This document shows, in pieces, positions 38,108-50,313 of a stretch of 64,000 nt of DNA; positions within the stretch are counted from its first letter, which is position 1, and the number at the start of each line of letters is the position of its first letter. The position numbers and the translations under genes were made by a program. A model generated the notes under the pieces. That model was not told the DNA's origin and did no database searches. It saw only the letters and a program-made list of their open reading frames with translations. Source of the stretch: Octopus vulgaris (Eukaryota); the NCBI GenBank assembly GCA_951406725.2, contig OX597825.1, positions 45,384,001 through 45,448,000 of the forward strand, written 5' to 3'.

Positions 38108-40839
38108 CAGTGATTCCCAACCTTTTTATAGTCGCGACCCACTATTTATCACACCAGTTTATGACGACCCACTTAACTCTCCTGAGTAAAAACATTAATG
38201 AAATTAACAAATTTATTTCAGCTTACATCTTCAGTGAGGCCTGTGAGAAGGATGAGCCTGTTTCTTGCTACGCTCAATAATAGAATTAACATCAGGTTCA
38301 ATGTGTGATAGTTTCAGGCGTAAAGAATTTGAGAGCTGCAGTTTATTTCGATATTTGCTTTTAATCCCAACCATTGCTGAAAATCCAGCTTCACAAATAT
38401 AAAATGACGTGAAAGGGAGAAGTACTTTTAATGCTTCAGTGGAAATGATTGGGTACGAGGTTTGAAGAGCCGCCCAGAACTGTACCAATTTTCGGGTGTT
38501 AAAAATCATTTTCAAGGAAGAGTCTTCAGATAAATCCTCATCGGCTTTTGTTGATATTCCAGTCGTCACGTCAGGCTGAAAGGAGTTCATAATCCATCTT
38601 TTCTGTTGCATAGTATTCATTTCTTTATGAAAATAAAATTCAAAACTCTCATTTAACTTATTCAAGTGTTCAGATATCTCAATGATTATACCATCATCAA
38701 CTTTTGCTTTATTCTCCATTACAAAAGTTTCAAAACAGTCATAATTTCGGTTGTTAATACGATTTTTCCACAAGACAAGTTTTTTCATAAAACCTCGAAT
38801 TTTCTCTTGAATTGCAAATATACTGATACCTTCTGTTCCTTGTAAATACAAATTCAGGTTGTTTAATTTCGAAAAAATATCTGCCAAATATGTAAGCCTC
38901 AAAACAAATTATTCGTCGCGCAAATATTTCGCAAAATCGCTTTTATCTTCTAAAAATATAGCTACTTCTTTGTGGAGTTCTGCAAGTCTTGTTAACACTT
39001 TTCCCCTAGAGAGCCATCGTAATTCTGTGTGCAAAAGAAGTGATTTATGATCGCTTCCCATCTCTTCGCAGAACTTCTCAAATAGGTGCGATTTCAAAGG
39101 CTTTGACTTAATAAAGTTCACTATTTTGACTGAAGTATTCAAAACATTTTCAAAATTATCAGATATATGTTTTGATATTAACGCTGCCCTGTGAAGGTTA
39201 CAGTGAGTCCATGATGCATTGGGATTAAGCTCAAGTATTCTGGTCACCACACCATTTCTACTGCACATAGCCCGTGCGCCGTCTGTACATATTCTGACAC
39301 ATTTATGCCAATCAAGATTTTTTGCTCTAATATAAGTATCAACTGTATTAAAAATTTCATCGCTGGTACTTCGACTGACAGGTTCACAGAACAACATATC
39401 TTCATGAGGTACAAAGTTCCATATGTAACGTACAAAAACAAGTAGCTGGCACAAACCTTGTACGTCAGTAGATTCATCGAGTTGTAAAGAAAAAAAAAGA
39501 CTTCCACAAATCCGTTCAATAACTTGATTTTCTACCCATTGAGACATTTCATCGATTCTACGCGTGACTGTGTTATTAGAAATAGGAATTGATTCAATTT
39601 CTTGTTCACTCTTATCACCAAAGAAAACTTTAACTGTATCTTTTATAGCTGGAAGAACTAAAGTCTCCCCAATTGTGTGTGGCTTACCAGTTTTTGCAAT
39701 TCTTAAACTGATCAAGTAAGACACATACAGAGATTTTTCATTTACTTTGGTGTAATGTTGCATAACGCTCTGTCCTATCTTTAACTTGGTTAACATTCAC
39801 TCAAAAAAATCGAGAGGCTTGTCTTTTAAGAGGTGCTTAGTCTCAAAATGACAATGCAATTTGTTTGGATGCATGCTTGTTTGGACATTTGCAAGTTGTT
39901 CATAACAAATGATGCATCGTGGTTGTGGATCTTCTTCAACTCCATTCCATGTAAATCCCATTTTTAAGTACTCATAATCATACTTTCTTAATACTTTTCT
40001 TCACTTTGACTGGCTTAGTTTTGATTGATTGGTCTTTTCTTTGTTTCGATTCACTGAAGACTTATCGTCATCAGCTTCAACTGACTTTTTTAACCATTTA
40101 TTCATAATATGAAGGACTGAGTAAATACGAAAAAATCGAATTTAGAAGGACAGATAATTTTGACTTAGCGAGAGATTTGACAGAATTAAAATACAACGTT
40201 TGGGATCATGCGAACTTCTACAATTAATGATAAACGTCATTTCAATCGATGTGATGCTATTTAAACCGTTTATCTGATAGACTCTATTGATCTATCTACC
40301 GTCTAGCTGCTGTCTATTCCAATCATTTCATAGGATAACCTCCTGGTGATCACTCCTATACTTTTTAAATAATTTATTAACTTACTAGTGAAATCCATGT
40401 CTTATTTATTTAAATTTTTTGCTATTTATATATTAAATGTGAAACAAAACGTTTTATAACTGTTTCAACGTCTCTATACCCTATGTATAAATACTAACAC
40501 TAATACAAAACCTTGAAGTAGTAACTGTTATCGGCTCGATCAGTGTTATACTTCGCCTAGTTAAAGTTCTCTATAAATAGGTAAAAACAGACCTTTCCTT
40601 TTTACGATTACGTACAAATAAATAACTTGAGAAAATGACAACCTCTGATTTGTTAAGTTCATGAAAAAGCCTATTGCTTGATAAAACAACAAGTCTGGTA
40701 TTGAAAACATAAGTCTTGAACTATCTCGATAGACAGCAGTTAATCAAAGCTAATGCGTAATTTTATAACTTTTTGCGACCCACTAAGATTCCGTTCGCGA
40801 CCCATCTGTGGGTCGCGACTCATAGTTTGGGAACCACTG
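38108..40839 (-). mobile_element. Full-length hAT transposon of the Buster/Charlie type
   Basis: TIRs CAGTGATTCCCAA / TTGGGAACCACTG. Perfect 8-bp TSD GAGTACAG with central TA. Confidence 0.96.
38231..40105 (-). pseudogene. Buster/Charlie hAT transposase (BED finger, DDE, dimerisation domain), disrupted
   Basis: FSLQLDESTD, CTDGA, HCNLH, RWLSRG and YICEAGFS motifs, split by stops and frameshifts into three pieces. Confidence 0.92.
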
Positions 40840-42961
40840 GAGTACAGTATTTTCTCTCATTTTGTTCAACATACACTACTTGGTCGAGTGTTACAAGCTA
40901 CATATCTCACTATGTGTACGCTTGTACTCAGCTTCTTTTGTTATATTTCAATTCCTTCTTCTCTAGCGAAATTACAAAATTTTCTTGGTGTGATTAACTT
41001 CGATAGAAGTTTTATCCTACATTGTGCTATGGCATTGCTTTACATACAACTGATTCCATTAACTTGCAGCATTAAGGCCGTGAAATTTTTTGAATTTTTG
41101 CATTTTCAAGTTATTGGACTCACTTTTTTGAGACTTTCTATCCCTGCAAGTCTTATACTGGCCCACTTTGGCCAACCAAACAGTGCATACACACTATTTA
41201 AAAAAATTTTTTTTTTTTTTTTTTTTCATTTTGACTGCCTGAACTGTTTTCAATCATTTTTAAAGAACTTTTGATTATTCTCATATCGGTTGATTTACTG
41301 TAAATTTTTTATTTGATATTGTTTTGCTAATTTTTCATCCCTTTTTCATTGGATTTCCTTTTTGTACATTTTTCCTTCTTGGTACAGTTTTTTTGTTTGT
41401 ATTTTTGTGCCTTTCGCGATGAATCTACGGGTCTGAGGGTAGTTGTAGCAGAAGTATGTTTGCGTTAAATACCCAGAAATTGGTTCATACACATGATTTC
41501 TACAAGTGATCACATGACCTGTCACATGATGGTCAAGTTTTTCTGGCTTTATGTGGGCTATCCAACCCTATCACATGACAGACCAGCCTAGTGCAAGAAA
41601 TTATGTTGGCTTGTTGGAGCCCACCCACATGCTTAAAAAGAGGAATTTTTCCTACTTTTCTCCAGTGAGGTAGGAAGAACAGTTGAGTTCAGATCTCGGT
41701 AGAGAGAGGAGACTTATTTTGCAGTTAGCTTTGATGCCATACTTCTGTTCCTGTCTGCCAGCAAGAAGTCATGCTACATATTTCTGTTCCTGTTCTACCC
41801 GGCACACATCGCCAAGTTCCAACTTCATGAGAAACAATATGTATATTTTCTTCAGACAGTATCATTCAAGATGTATCAATGTTTTCTGTGCCAATTCATT
41901 TAGCAGTTGAATAAAATGTGGCAGTCAATTGCAACTTGTTTTCTTGTATTTCTTTCCACTGTTACACCTGACTCATTGGAACCAAGAAAGTGTAGTTATA
42001 TCAGAGCCAGAGCTGCACTTAGCAAACTTGCTAAACCCTAAACACTAATTCTAACCCTAAACTGTAATTCCACCCCTAAACCCTAACTCTAACCCTGGTG
42101 TATCTCAAACTTTAGTTTTTGAATTCTCACTATTGGCCACCTGAACTGAACTACAGTAGTATAACGTACAGTTTGTTTTATTGCAATTTAACATAGTTTT
42201 GTCATTTTTCATTAAAAAATTTCATTGAGGATTTCCTTCTCATATTGCCTGTTCCAGCATTTCACATGACTTTATTCCTTTATCCTAATAATACTAAAAC
42301 TCTAGAGATGTTTGTGTGTACCCGAAATATCTCAGAAATATTATATTTTATCTTAATCTTTTTTGCATATTTATTTTCATACTTACCTTCAGCAGTGCAG
42401 TATAATTTTTTGTGATATTAATGAAAATGATTGAACACAATTTTTGTTTATTTCTTGAAAAAAAAAACATGGCCTACGTGACGTCAACACACACATATAA
42501 TGAATGTCATGGCTTGTCAGTCAACACAAACACACGTCTGCTATCTGTGACATACACACACACATAGTATGTACATGTAAATGAAATGGATGTATGTGTG
42601 TGAAAGAGAGAGAATGAATGAAGGGGTGTGTTGTCATGTAGAGTACATACATCTATACATTTGCATACATCTTTTTTTGTATGTACGTGTGCATGTGTGT
42701 GTTCTTATGTATGTGTAAGTGGCACTCTGTCTCTCTCTCTCACGCGCGCGCGCGCTTCCATTTCATATATACGATCGTGTCTCTTTCACTTTCTTCTCTC
42801 TTTCACTTTAAAACAAAAGTAAATAAAAAAATTATGGAAATTAATTAACAAAACCAGCTGGTCCGGATGACAGTTCTGAGAGTTAGAGCAAAAGATTGCT
42901 TCAAGGGAATACCATTACAAAAAATTTTTTGAGTGCATTTAATGAATCTCAGTCCCAAAGA

Positions 42962-43070
42962 CTTGGCTGTTGTTTCTAGCACGCTCTGCTACCACGTAAC
43001 AGCTATTTGCGATAACGGACTCGAAATACCTGTTACATGGTAGCAGGGCGTGCAAGAAATAGCAGCCAAA
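42962..43070. repeat. Short hairpin (about 40-bp arms)
   Basis: TTGGCTGTTGTTTCTAGCACGCTCTGCTACCACGTAACAG vs CTGTTACATGGTAGCAGGGCGTGCAAGAAATAGCAGCCAA. Confidence 0.7.
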
Positions 43071-43913
43071 TCTTTCCTTTGTTGGGGAAAAGAGCAGTTT
43101 ACGCATGATTTTGATGTCACATTCGTTGAAAGCATGCGAAATAACCAGAAGAAAAAAACATGAAACAAAACTCCGTTGTTGGGAAACTTCTAGAACAAGT
43201 GAATAACAATAGCAGATCCAGCGTAAACAATTACATCAATACACCAGATTTGAAATTTTTCGCTTAATTTTAAAATTTCAAAAAGTGAAAGACAAACAGA
43301 AAAGATCTTAGACTTTGAATAAAGTTGCATAATCTAAAATACTGGATATAAATATAATTGCTAGTTCTCTATGCAGCAGAAACAAATGTCGGTGATATTA
43401 AACCAATTACGCTGTTATAATTAACTGTAAAAAAAAATGTAGATGTACCAATCTCCGTATTCATTGTAATTGCATGTGAGAGAGAGAGAGGGGTGGAGAG
43501 AGACTGGCGCAGAAAATAACGATGTTCAACAAAATGAAGATTTAAACTTTTTTTTAACTTGGCCTACACCATAGTATAGAAAGAATTATATGGATGGAAA
43601 AATGATCTGACTTATGAGTAAAGTGTGACATAAAATTTCATCAATAATTGGGTGGGGTGGGGTTTCTGGTATTTTTCAGGTACGGGATCAGAGCCAAAGG
43701 GACTTCTGAATTACTCTTTGAGTCTGAATGTTTGGTTGTGAGCGCATGTACGTATGCATATAAAAATTTTTCCACAATTTCTTAGACAGAAGCGGAAACA
43801 ATATTCAAATAATAAAAAATCGTACGTAAAAGTACTTCTGTTTAGAAATTATATAAACTGATTTTCATCATTAATTAGATAACATGTTCTGAAGTATGCC
43901 ATTCTTAATCCAG

Positions 43914-44192
43914 ATACAAGGAAAATATCTTTAAACTACAATATCTACCTCCTCATGATGCAACTGTCACACACGTTGGACCTCTTGGCAAAGAAACGTA
44001 GTGTATGTTAGTTTGTCTCCAAGATTTGCACAGTACTTTCGATTTGTCGCCGATTTCAATATTTTCAGTTTTTTCTTCTTACAATTTACGTTTTTGATCC
44101 ATCACAGAGACATTCTGGGGGATTTCTGTACCAAACGCCACAAATTTGCAAACCGAACAACCAGGACTGCCCCGGCCAAACAGAGATGTGCG
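43914..44192 (+). CDS. Candidate host exons 43914-44002 and 44108-44192 (small Cys-rich product)
   Basis: AG/GT boundaries (CCAG|..|GTATGT and ACAG|..|GTAAGC) join in phase to give TRKISLNYNIYLLMMQLSHTLDLLAKKRS-RHSGGFLYQTPQICKPNNQDCPGQTEMC, in apparently non-repetitive DNA. Confidence 0.3.
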
Positions 44193-45004
44193 GTAAGCTT
44201 ATATTATCATAGATACATACATACATAGATACATACATTCGTATTTGTGTGTGTGTGTGTAATGCAATGCTAAATAAAGTTTTTGGTATATGTATATATA
44301 AGGTTAGATGAGTTTATGAGATATACCGGCATAATTTCGCCTGCCGATATACTTACATAAATATGATATGCAGAATGAGAATAAAATAGAAGAGAATTTA
44401 AAGCGGTTAATATATTGTCAATAGAGTAATTTAAAAATTACATGTCATAATACAGGGTTAATATATTGTCAATAGAGTTGTTTAAAAATTACCTGGACTA
44501 TTATATCACTGATACTTTTGTGTGTGGATGTCATTCTTTTCTAAATAAACGTTTAGTTCTTGTGAGACACAAGCAAGCAATTTCATAACATTCCAACATG
44601 TAAATTAACACCGCCAGGCGTGTTTGATTAACTAGCATGTTACCTAGCAACTGATATGGCTACCAAATATGTGACGTAGAATACCATTTTACTTGTTTTG
44701 CTTATATTTTCCTCCTCCTTCTCTTCTCGCCACTTTTGTTCTTAATTAGTCCCTTGTTAACTTTAATCAAACGTATCCAAGATGTTTCTGTCGTAACAAT
44801 CCGATCTTTTATTTAGATAATGTATCTAGAACTATATTATTGCCCTTGTTTAATTGGCGAAAAAATTACCATCCCCAAGTATAACAACGAATTTAAATTT
44901 ACTTACATGTGGACAAAACAGAGAATTCGACTGAAAAATTAAAAGAAAAAAGAGAAGAAAAAAAACAAAACAATTCACCACCGGGAAACCTCTCTAATAA
45001 CTAT

Positions 45005-45210
45005 TGAGACATGCCAGCAAGCTTGCAGCGTTGCTGCGGGTGATGGCGAGGCTGATGTGCTGGAACAGCCAAACGCCCTCACAAGCCTCACCAATTACCT
45101 CTAATCAACATATCAAACCTATGCATACGTAAGCTCCCACTCTGAGGGCTATGGAGACACGAAGTTCGTTCAATCTGAGCAGACCACCAACATTAGCCAC
45201 AGTCACCTGA
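45005..45210 (-). mobile_element. CRE-like non-LTR retrotransposon C-terminal remnant
   Basis: Minus-strand translations ELRVSIALRVGAYVC and EGVWLFQHISLAITRSNAASLL resemble CRE-clade RLE C-terminal motifs. Confidence 0.6.
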
Positions 45211-46071
45211 GTATTTGGCGCTAGCAGACAGTAAGTGGCACCTTAAAAAGTGGTCTGACTGGATTAAGAGGAAGTCGAAGGTGAAGACAATGCTAAGTTA
45301 TTTGAAAGTGATTAAGCAGTTTTTTCAGGGTTGTTTAACTCTGACTGAATGCCTTGCCCATATCTTTTGTATATACAGGAAGAGTACATTGTCCTATATG
45401 CCCTTTCGTTGAGGGAAATTTGACTGCTATTCCTAGCTAGTCAATTGCCTACATGAAAGACTCTCTCATTGGTTTGAGATCTGTGAAATTGAAGAAACAG
45501 GACTGTTAATAATGTCTAGACTTCTGGGTGTACATTAGAGCAATGTTTTTTATCAGAGCAGGGAGCTGTAACATTTAAGGAGGAATGGAGAAATTGCTAT
45601 GTTAAATTAAAATGGTTTTAACCTTTAAACTTATTCATTACTATGCACAAAACAGTATTATATTGGTTGCAAACTCGTTTTATTTTCTCATTAATAAAGA
45701 AGCAAAGGTAGGAAAATTTTGCTAATATTTGATGGGGACAGCTAGTATTTATTATTTTGAGAATCATTGAATCAGAGGTTTGCTATATGTGCAGTTGGTG
45801 AAAATATGTCCCCACTCTCTCAGTATGTAACAGTCATCATCTGTCGCAAATGCTTGGAGAAAAAGGACAGTGGCTATCAGGCTCATTGACCAGCTGTTTG
45901 GTGGTTTGAACGACTGAGAATCCTTAGATTTGGTTTTGAATCTAAGCTTGGAGAAGGAAGTGTTAATTTTTACAAGTGCATATGTCAATGGCTTATGATC
46001 TGAAAAATTGTAAAATGTTGCCCTACTAAAAAATGTTGAAAAAGTTTCAGAACTAAATAAGCAGCTAAGAG

Positions 46072-46918
46072 GGATCTTTTCCTTTTGAACAGCAGTTTGT
46101 AACATAATTTCTAGGTAACTAAAAAATTTTAAACTTCGTATACTGGTAGAATGTGTTTATAAAACATCATTTTCTCTTGGCTTTATTGAGAAAATTCTAT
46201 AGATTGTAACATATTTGGTCTTTAATTTCTTGCATTTCAGCAATTTTAACCAATCACTAGCGTCCATTTAGGTAAATAACATTCTGTGCATAATGAATAT
46301 GTCCCTCCTTTAAGAAACAGATTGGGTTTATTTACATTTGTGAAGAAAAAAGATACCCGTCTCCCACCCCTAACCCTAACTAACCCTAACTCACCCTAAC
46401 TCTAACCCTAAATCTAAAATAGATTGAAATGCAATAGATCGATACTAGGTTATAATTATGGGTGACAATTTCATACAACACCGCTATAAAAAACTTAGTG
46501 GTGTCATATGAAATTGTCACCCATAATTATAACCCTAGTATCGATCTACTGCATTTCAATCTATTTTAGATTTAGGGTTAGAGTTAGGGTGAGTTAGGGT
46601 TAGTTAGGGTTAGGGTTAGGGGTGAGAGAAGGGTATCTTTTTTCTTCACAAATGTAAATAAACCCAATCTATTTCTTAAAGGAGGGACATATTCATTATG
46701 CACAGAATATTATTTACATCAATGGAGGTAATTGATTGGTTAAAATTGCCAAAATGCAAGAAATTTTAGACAAAATATGTTACAACCTAGAGAATTTTCT
46801 CGAATAAAGCCAAGAGAAAATGATGTTTTATAAACACATTCTACCAGTATACGAAGTTTTAAATTTTTTTGTTACCTAGAAATTATGTTGCAAACTGCCG
46901 TTCAAAAGGAAAAGATCC
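46072..46918. mobile_element. Foldback/MITE element, second copy
   Basis: Same GGATCTTTTCC...GGAAAAGATCC termini, about 420-bp arms and TTAGGG tracts. Flanks GCTAAGAG / ACTAAGAG. Confidence 0.92.
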
Positions 46919-48349
46919 ACTAAGAGTTCTTTTACAAAGCTGCTGTATCTATCGTTTCTGCTGGTTTTAAATGTTTGGAAGGTGAAAAAAAAAAAAAAGA
47001 AAATGGTGTAGGAGATCGCTTTCCTCTGCTCAGCTGAGATTCAAAACCAAATCCACACACCAGTTGCTTTTCAGACAAATGTTTGATCCTTTGTGTCTTA
47101 TGTCTATGCTGGAAGATATGTGGTCGTGGAACTGTCAATCCTTTGTTTTAGGTTTGACCTACTTCCTGGCTAAACCTTATATAACCAAATGAGGTCTTCG
47201 CTTCTTTCTCTTTGGTTTTCAGCCAGCTAGCGAGAGTATCTTTTGGCTGAATGGGAAAGGTCAATGCAATTCTTACCTTTCTTCCTCTCAGACAGCAGAC
47301 TGTTAACTTGGCTTCCATATCCTACTTCTGACACTCACTAAGAGCTTGCAAACAGCACACATTGTTGTCATTGTCACTTACTACAATTACTGCTTTGTTT
47401 GTGTCACAGACCACTGCTGGCAAATAATGTCTGTGGATATAATTCTTTTCTCTTCGATGTTATTATAGTTTCATCCTACTTTTGACCATCTACATATAGC
47501 TACCCTGATGCAGAACAAGAAATGCTATTTCTACATCAAGTAACTTCTCATTTGTACACTACAATTGATGACTCCAGCGTAAATCCACATCAGTATGTTA
47601 CAGTGGTTGCCAAGCATTTTGAACAAATCAATGCAATTCCACTCTGATTCCAATGCCAGATGCATCTACCATCAATGATAATGGCGCATTTGGGATCAGG
47701 TAGGCTAAAAGTGAAGCTTTAGTTAACTTGTCTTTGATATCCTCGAAAAATTGCAGTTCAGCCAAATTTAATGATATTTCATTAATTTTTTAAACAACGT
47801 AATAATTCATTTAGAGGAAAAATTGTTTCAGTACAGGGTGGAATAAATTTTCTGTAGAAGTTAATAAGGCCAAGAAATTCTCATAACTTCCTTAACGAAG
47901 CAGGAACTGGAATATCAAGAATAACATCAACTTTTTCTTTTAAAGGACTAATTCCATTTTTATTAATGACATGTCCCAAAAATGTGATGGAAGAAACACC
48001 AAATAGACATTTATTGGGATTAACTATTACACCAAATCGAGTAAAAAGTTATTCCAAATGAAGAAAATATTACTCCTCTGTAGTGCTAGTAATTAATAAG
48101 TCGTCAATGTAGGAAAAAACAAAATCTAAAAAGTGAATGACTTCATCAATAAACCTTTGGAAGATATTAGCAGCATTAATTGAGAAGATTGCTTATCGGC
48201 TAAGAAATTTGAAAAGTCCAAAAGCTGTTGTAGCTGTTTTAGGAATGTCAGCTGATTTAATTGGAATTTGGTTGTAGGTATGTACTAAATAAAACTTCGA
48301 AAAGACTGTGCTGTAAAAAAGCTGAAAAGTCATAAATATGTGGAATAGG

Positions 48350-50313
48350 TGACGTCAATGGTTAAGGGACTAACCAGAAGAGAAAGCATGAAAGGGGAGA
48401 GAGGTGAACATCAGCCTACTTTTACCTGCCGGAGGCGTCGTGAACAGATGTCAGGGAATTTGCACTCAGGTTGGTTAGGTAGCAGCTGCTTACACTGGGT
48501 GACAGGGGTAGTGTAGGATCGCTGGAGAGATTACTACTAGGCAGGCCTCAACAAGAGGCAGGTGAGACTCTTTTCATTTCCCACACATGACAACTTATTT
48601 CAGCAATCGTATACAGATATCGTTGTCCTCTAATATATGATGGCAGTGAAGATAAAGATCAGCAATGATGTCATCATCCCTTTCTATGGTGAAGGAGACG
48701 TAGTAGCTTGGATTTGAAAGGTCAAAGTTGTGGCCAGGTCACAAGGCATTGAAGATGTAGCAAGCCTCATGGTGCTGTATTTGGAGGGGAGCACACTGGC
48801 ACTGTACCTCGAAATGAATGAAGAACAACTGAGCATGGCAAAGATTGAGCAGCACTTGAGAGAGGCTTATACAGAGAGAGAGTACACTGCTTTTGCTAAG
48901 CTGGAAACCTCATTTTCTTCCTCTTCCTCATCTCCACAATCATCATCTGATGAAGCGACAATCCTACAAACATCTAAGACATGACACAGCATTCCATCCA
49001 CAGAGATGTTGTTTTTGGAATTGACAGCCATCACTATTCTGTTCCACTGAGTTGTGCAACGTACCTTTGATGGCTTGACCCAGACTTCATCACCCCACTC
49101 CACAGGGCATCTCGATGGTTTACTCGGATGCTGCCATTCATATTTGAATATCGCTCTATGTGGCATGGACTCTTCAGCCTGACCTGATCAGGACGACATG
49201 TACCAGAATACTGCTTCCAACAGCAAGACATGTCCCCTCTCTGCCATGACCTTAATTGTTCAATGATGTCTCTTCACAATCCCATCTCCTTCAGTGCTTC
49301 TGAACGAAATGCTGTGCTGTTGTCCATCAGCAATTGTCTACAGGACCCCTCTATAAGAATACATACATTTTTGCCTGCTGGAGGCACTGCAGACGAGATG
49401 GCACATATTCTAAATGAGGTATTCTTAGAGTGGGGCCCTGTGGACAAATTGTTGATGGACAACAACAGAGCGTTTTGTTTGGAGGTGCTGAAGGAGATGC
49501 TTGACAGGTGGAAAGTGTACCACTTTTTCAGAGCAGCATACAAGCCAAGTGAAATGGAATTGTGGAGAGACATCACTGAACAATGAAGACCATGGTGGAG
49601 AGGGAACATGTCTCACCACTGAAAGCAGTATTCTGGTACAACATGTCACCCCAATCAGGTCAGGCCAAAGACTCCATGCCACATAGAGCAATATTCAAAT
49701 ATGAATGGCAGCATCCGAGTAAACCATCGAGATGCCCTGTAGAAAAGAAAGGGCCTGTCTTCATGGAGGTGGGTGATGAAGTCTGGGCCAAGCCACCAAA
49801 GGCATGCTGCACAACTCAGTGGAACAGTAACAGCTGTCAATTCCAAAAGCATTTCTGTGGATGGAATGCCATATCATGTCTTAGATGTTCGTAAGGTTGT
49901 TGCTTCGTTGTATGATGATTGTGGAGAAGAGGAAGAGAATGAGGTTCCCAGTTTAAGAAGATCTCAACATGCAAGGCGCTCACCCAGGTAGGTGGTAGAT
50001 TTCGACATGGAGTGAAGTGAGGAGGCGATCTTTGAGATCAAGTGGCATGTGGGGATGAGCCAGAAGAAGAGGGTCATGACATCAAGGGGCTGACCGGAAG
50101 AGGAAGTGGGGGAGAGAGGCGAGTATTGGCCTCTTTTTGCCCACCGCAGGCATCATGAATTGACATCAGTGAATTCATTCCCAAGTTGGTCAGATAGTAG
50201 CTGCTTATACTAGGTGACAGGGGTAGGGCAGGATCGCTGGAGAGATTACTGCTAGACAGGCATCGATGAGAGAGGAAGGTAGGTGAACCTCTTTTCATTT
50301 TCTTCACACAACA
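48350..50313 (+). mobile_element. About 2-kb deleted and rearranged Gypsy element nested in the older pol
   Basis: 5-bp TSD ATAGG. LTR-like ends at 48350-48592 and 50048-50313. Gag N-terminus (PFYGEGDVVAW...LYLEG) and integrase C-terminus in both orientations. Confidence 0.85.

Larger units (their letters stand above)
34553..42035 (+). mobile_element. Old full-span Gypsy LTR element with two nested insertions (LTRs about 34553-35161 and 41444-42035)
   Basis: About 600-bp direct repeats. PBS-like TGGTGACC at 35164. Purine-rich GAGGGTAG before the second LTR. CCCTA on both outer flanks. Remnant LQNFLGVINF (RT thumb) at about 40970. Confidence 0.85.

Noticed and set aside
42479-42486. Perfect CRE site TGACGTCA
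   Set aside because: A single 8-mer with no demonstrable promoter. The same motif also occurs in LTRs here.
45048-45082. Hammerhead-like GAGG-CUGAUGU-GCUG..CAGC-CAAACG-CCCUC
   Set aside because: A9, G12 and U16.1 are all wrong, and the segment is explained as the antisense of CRE-like coding sequence.
46360-46625. True telomere or chromosome fusion site (opposed CCCTAA/TTAGGG tracts)
   Set aside because: The tracts are short, degenerate and lie inside the arms of a foldback element that occurs twice.
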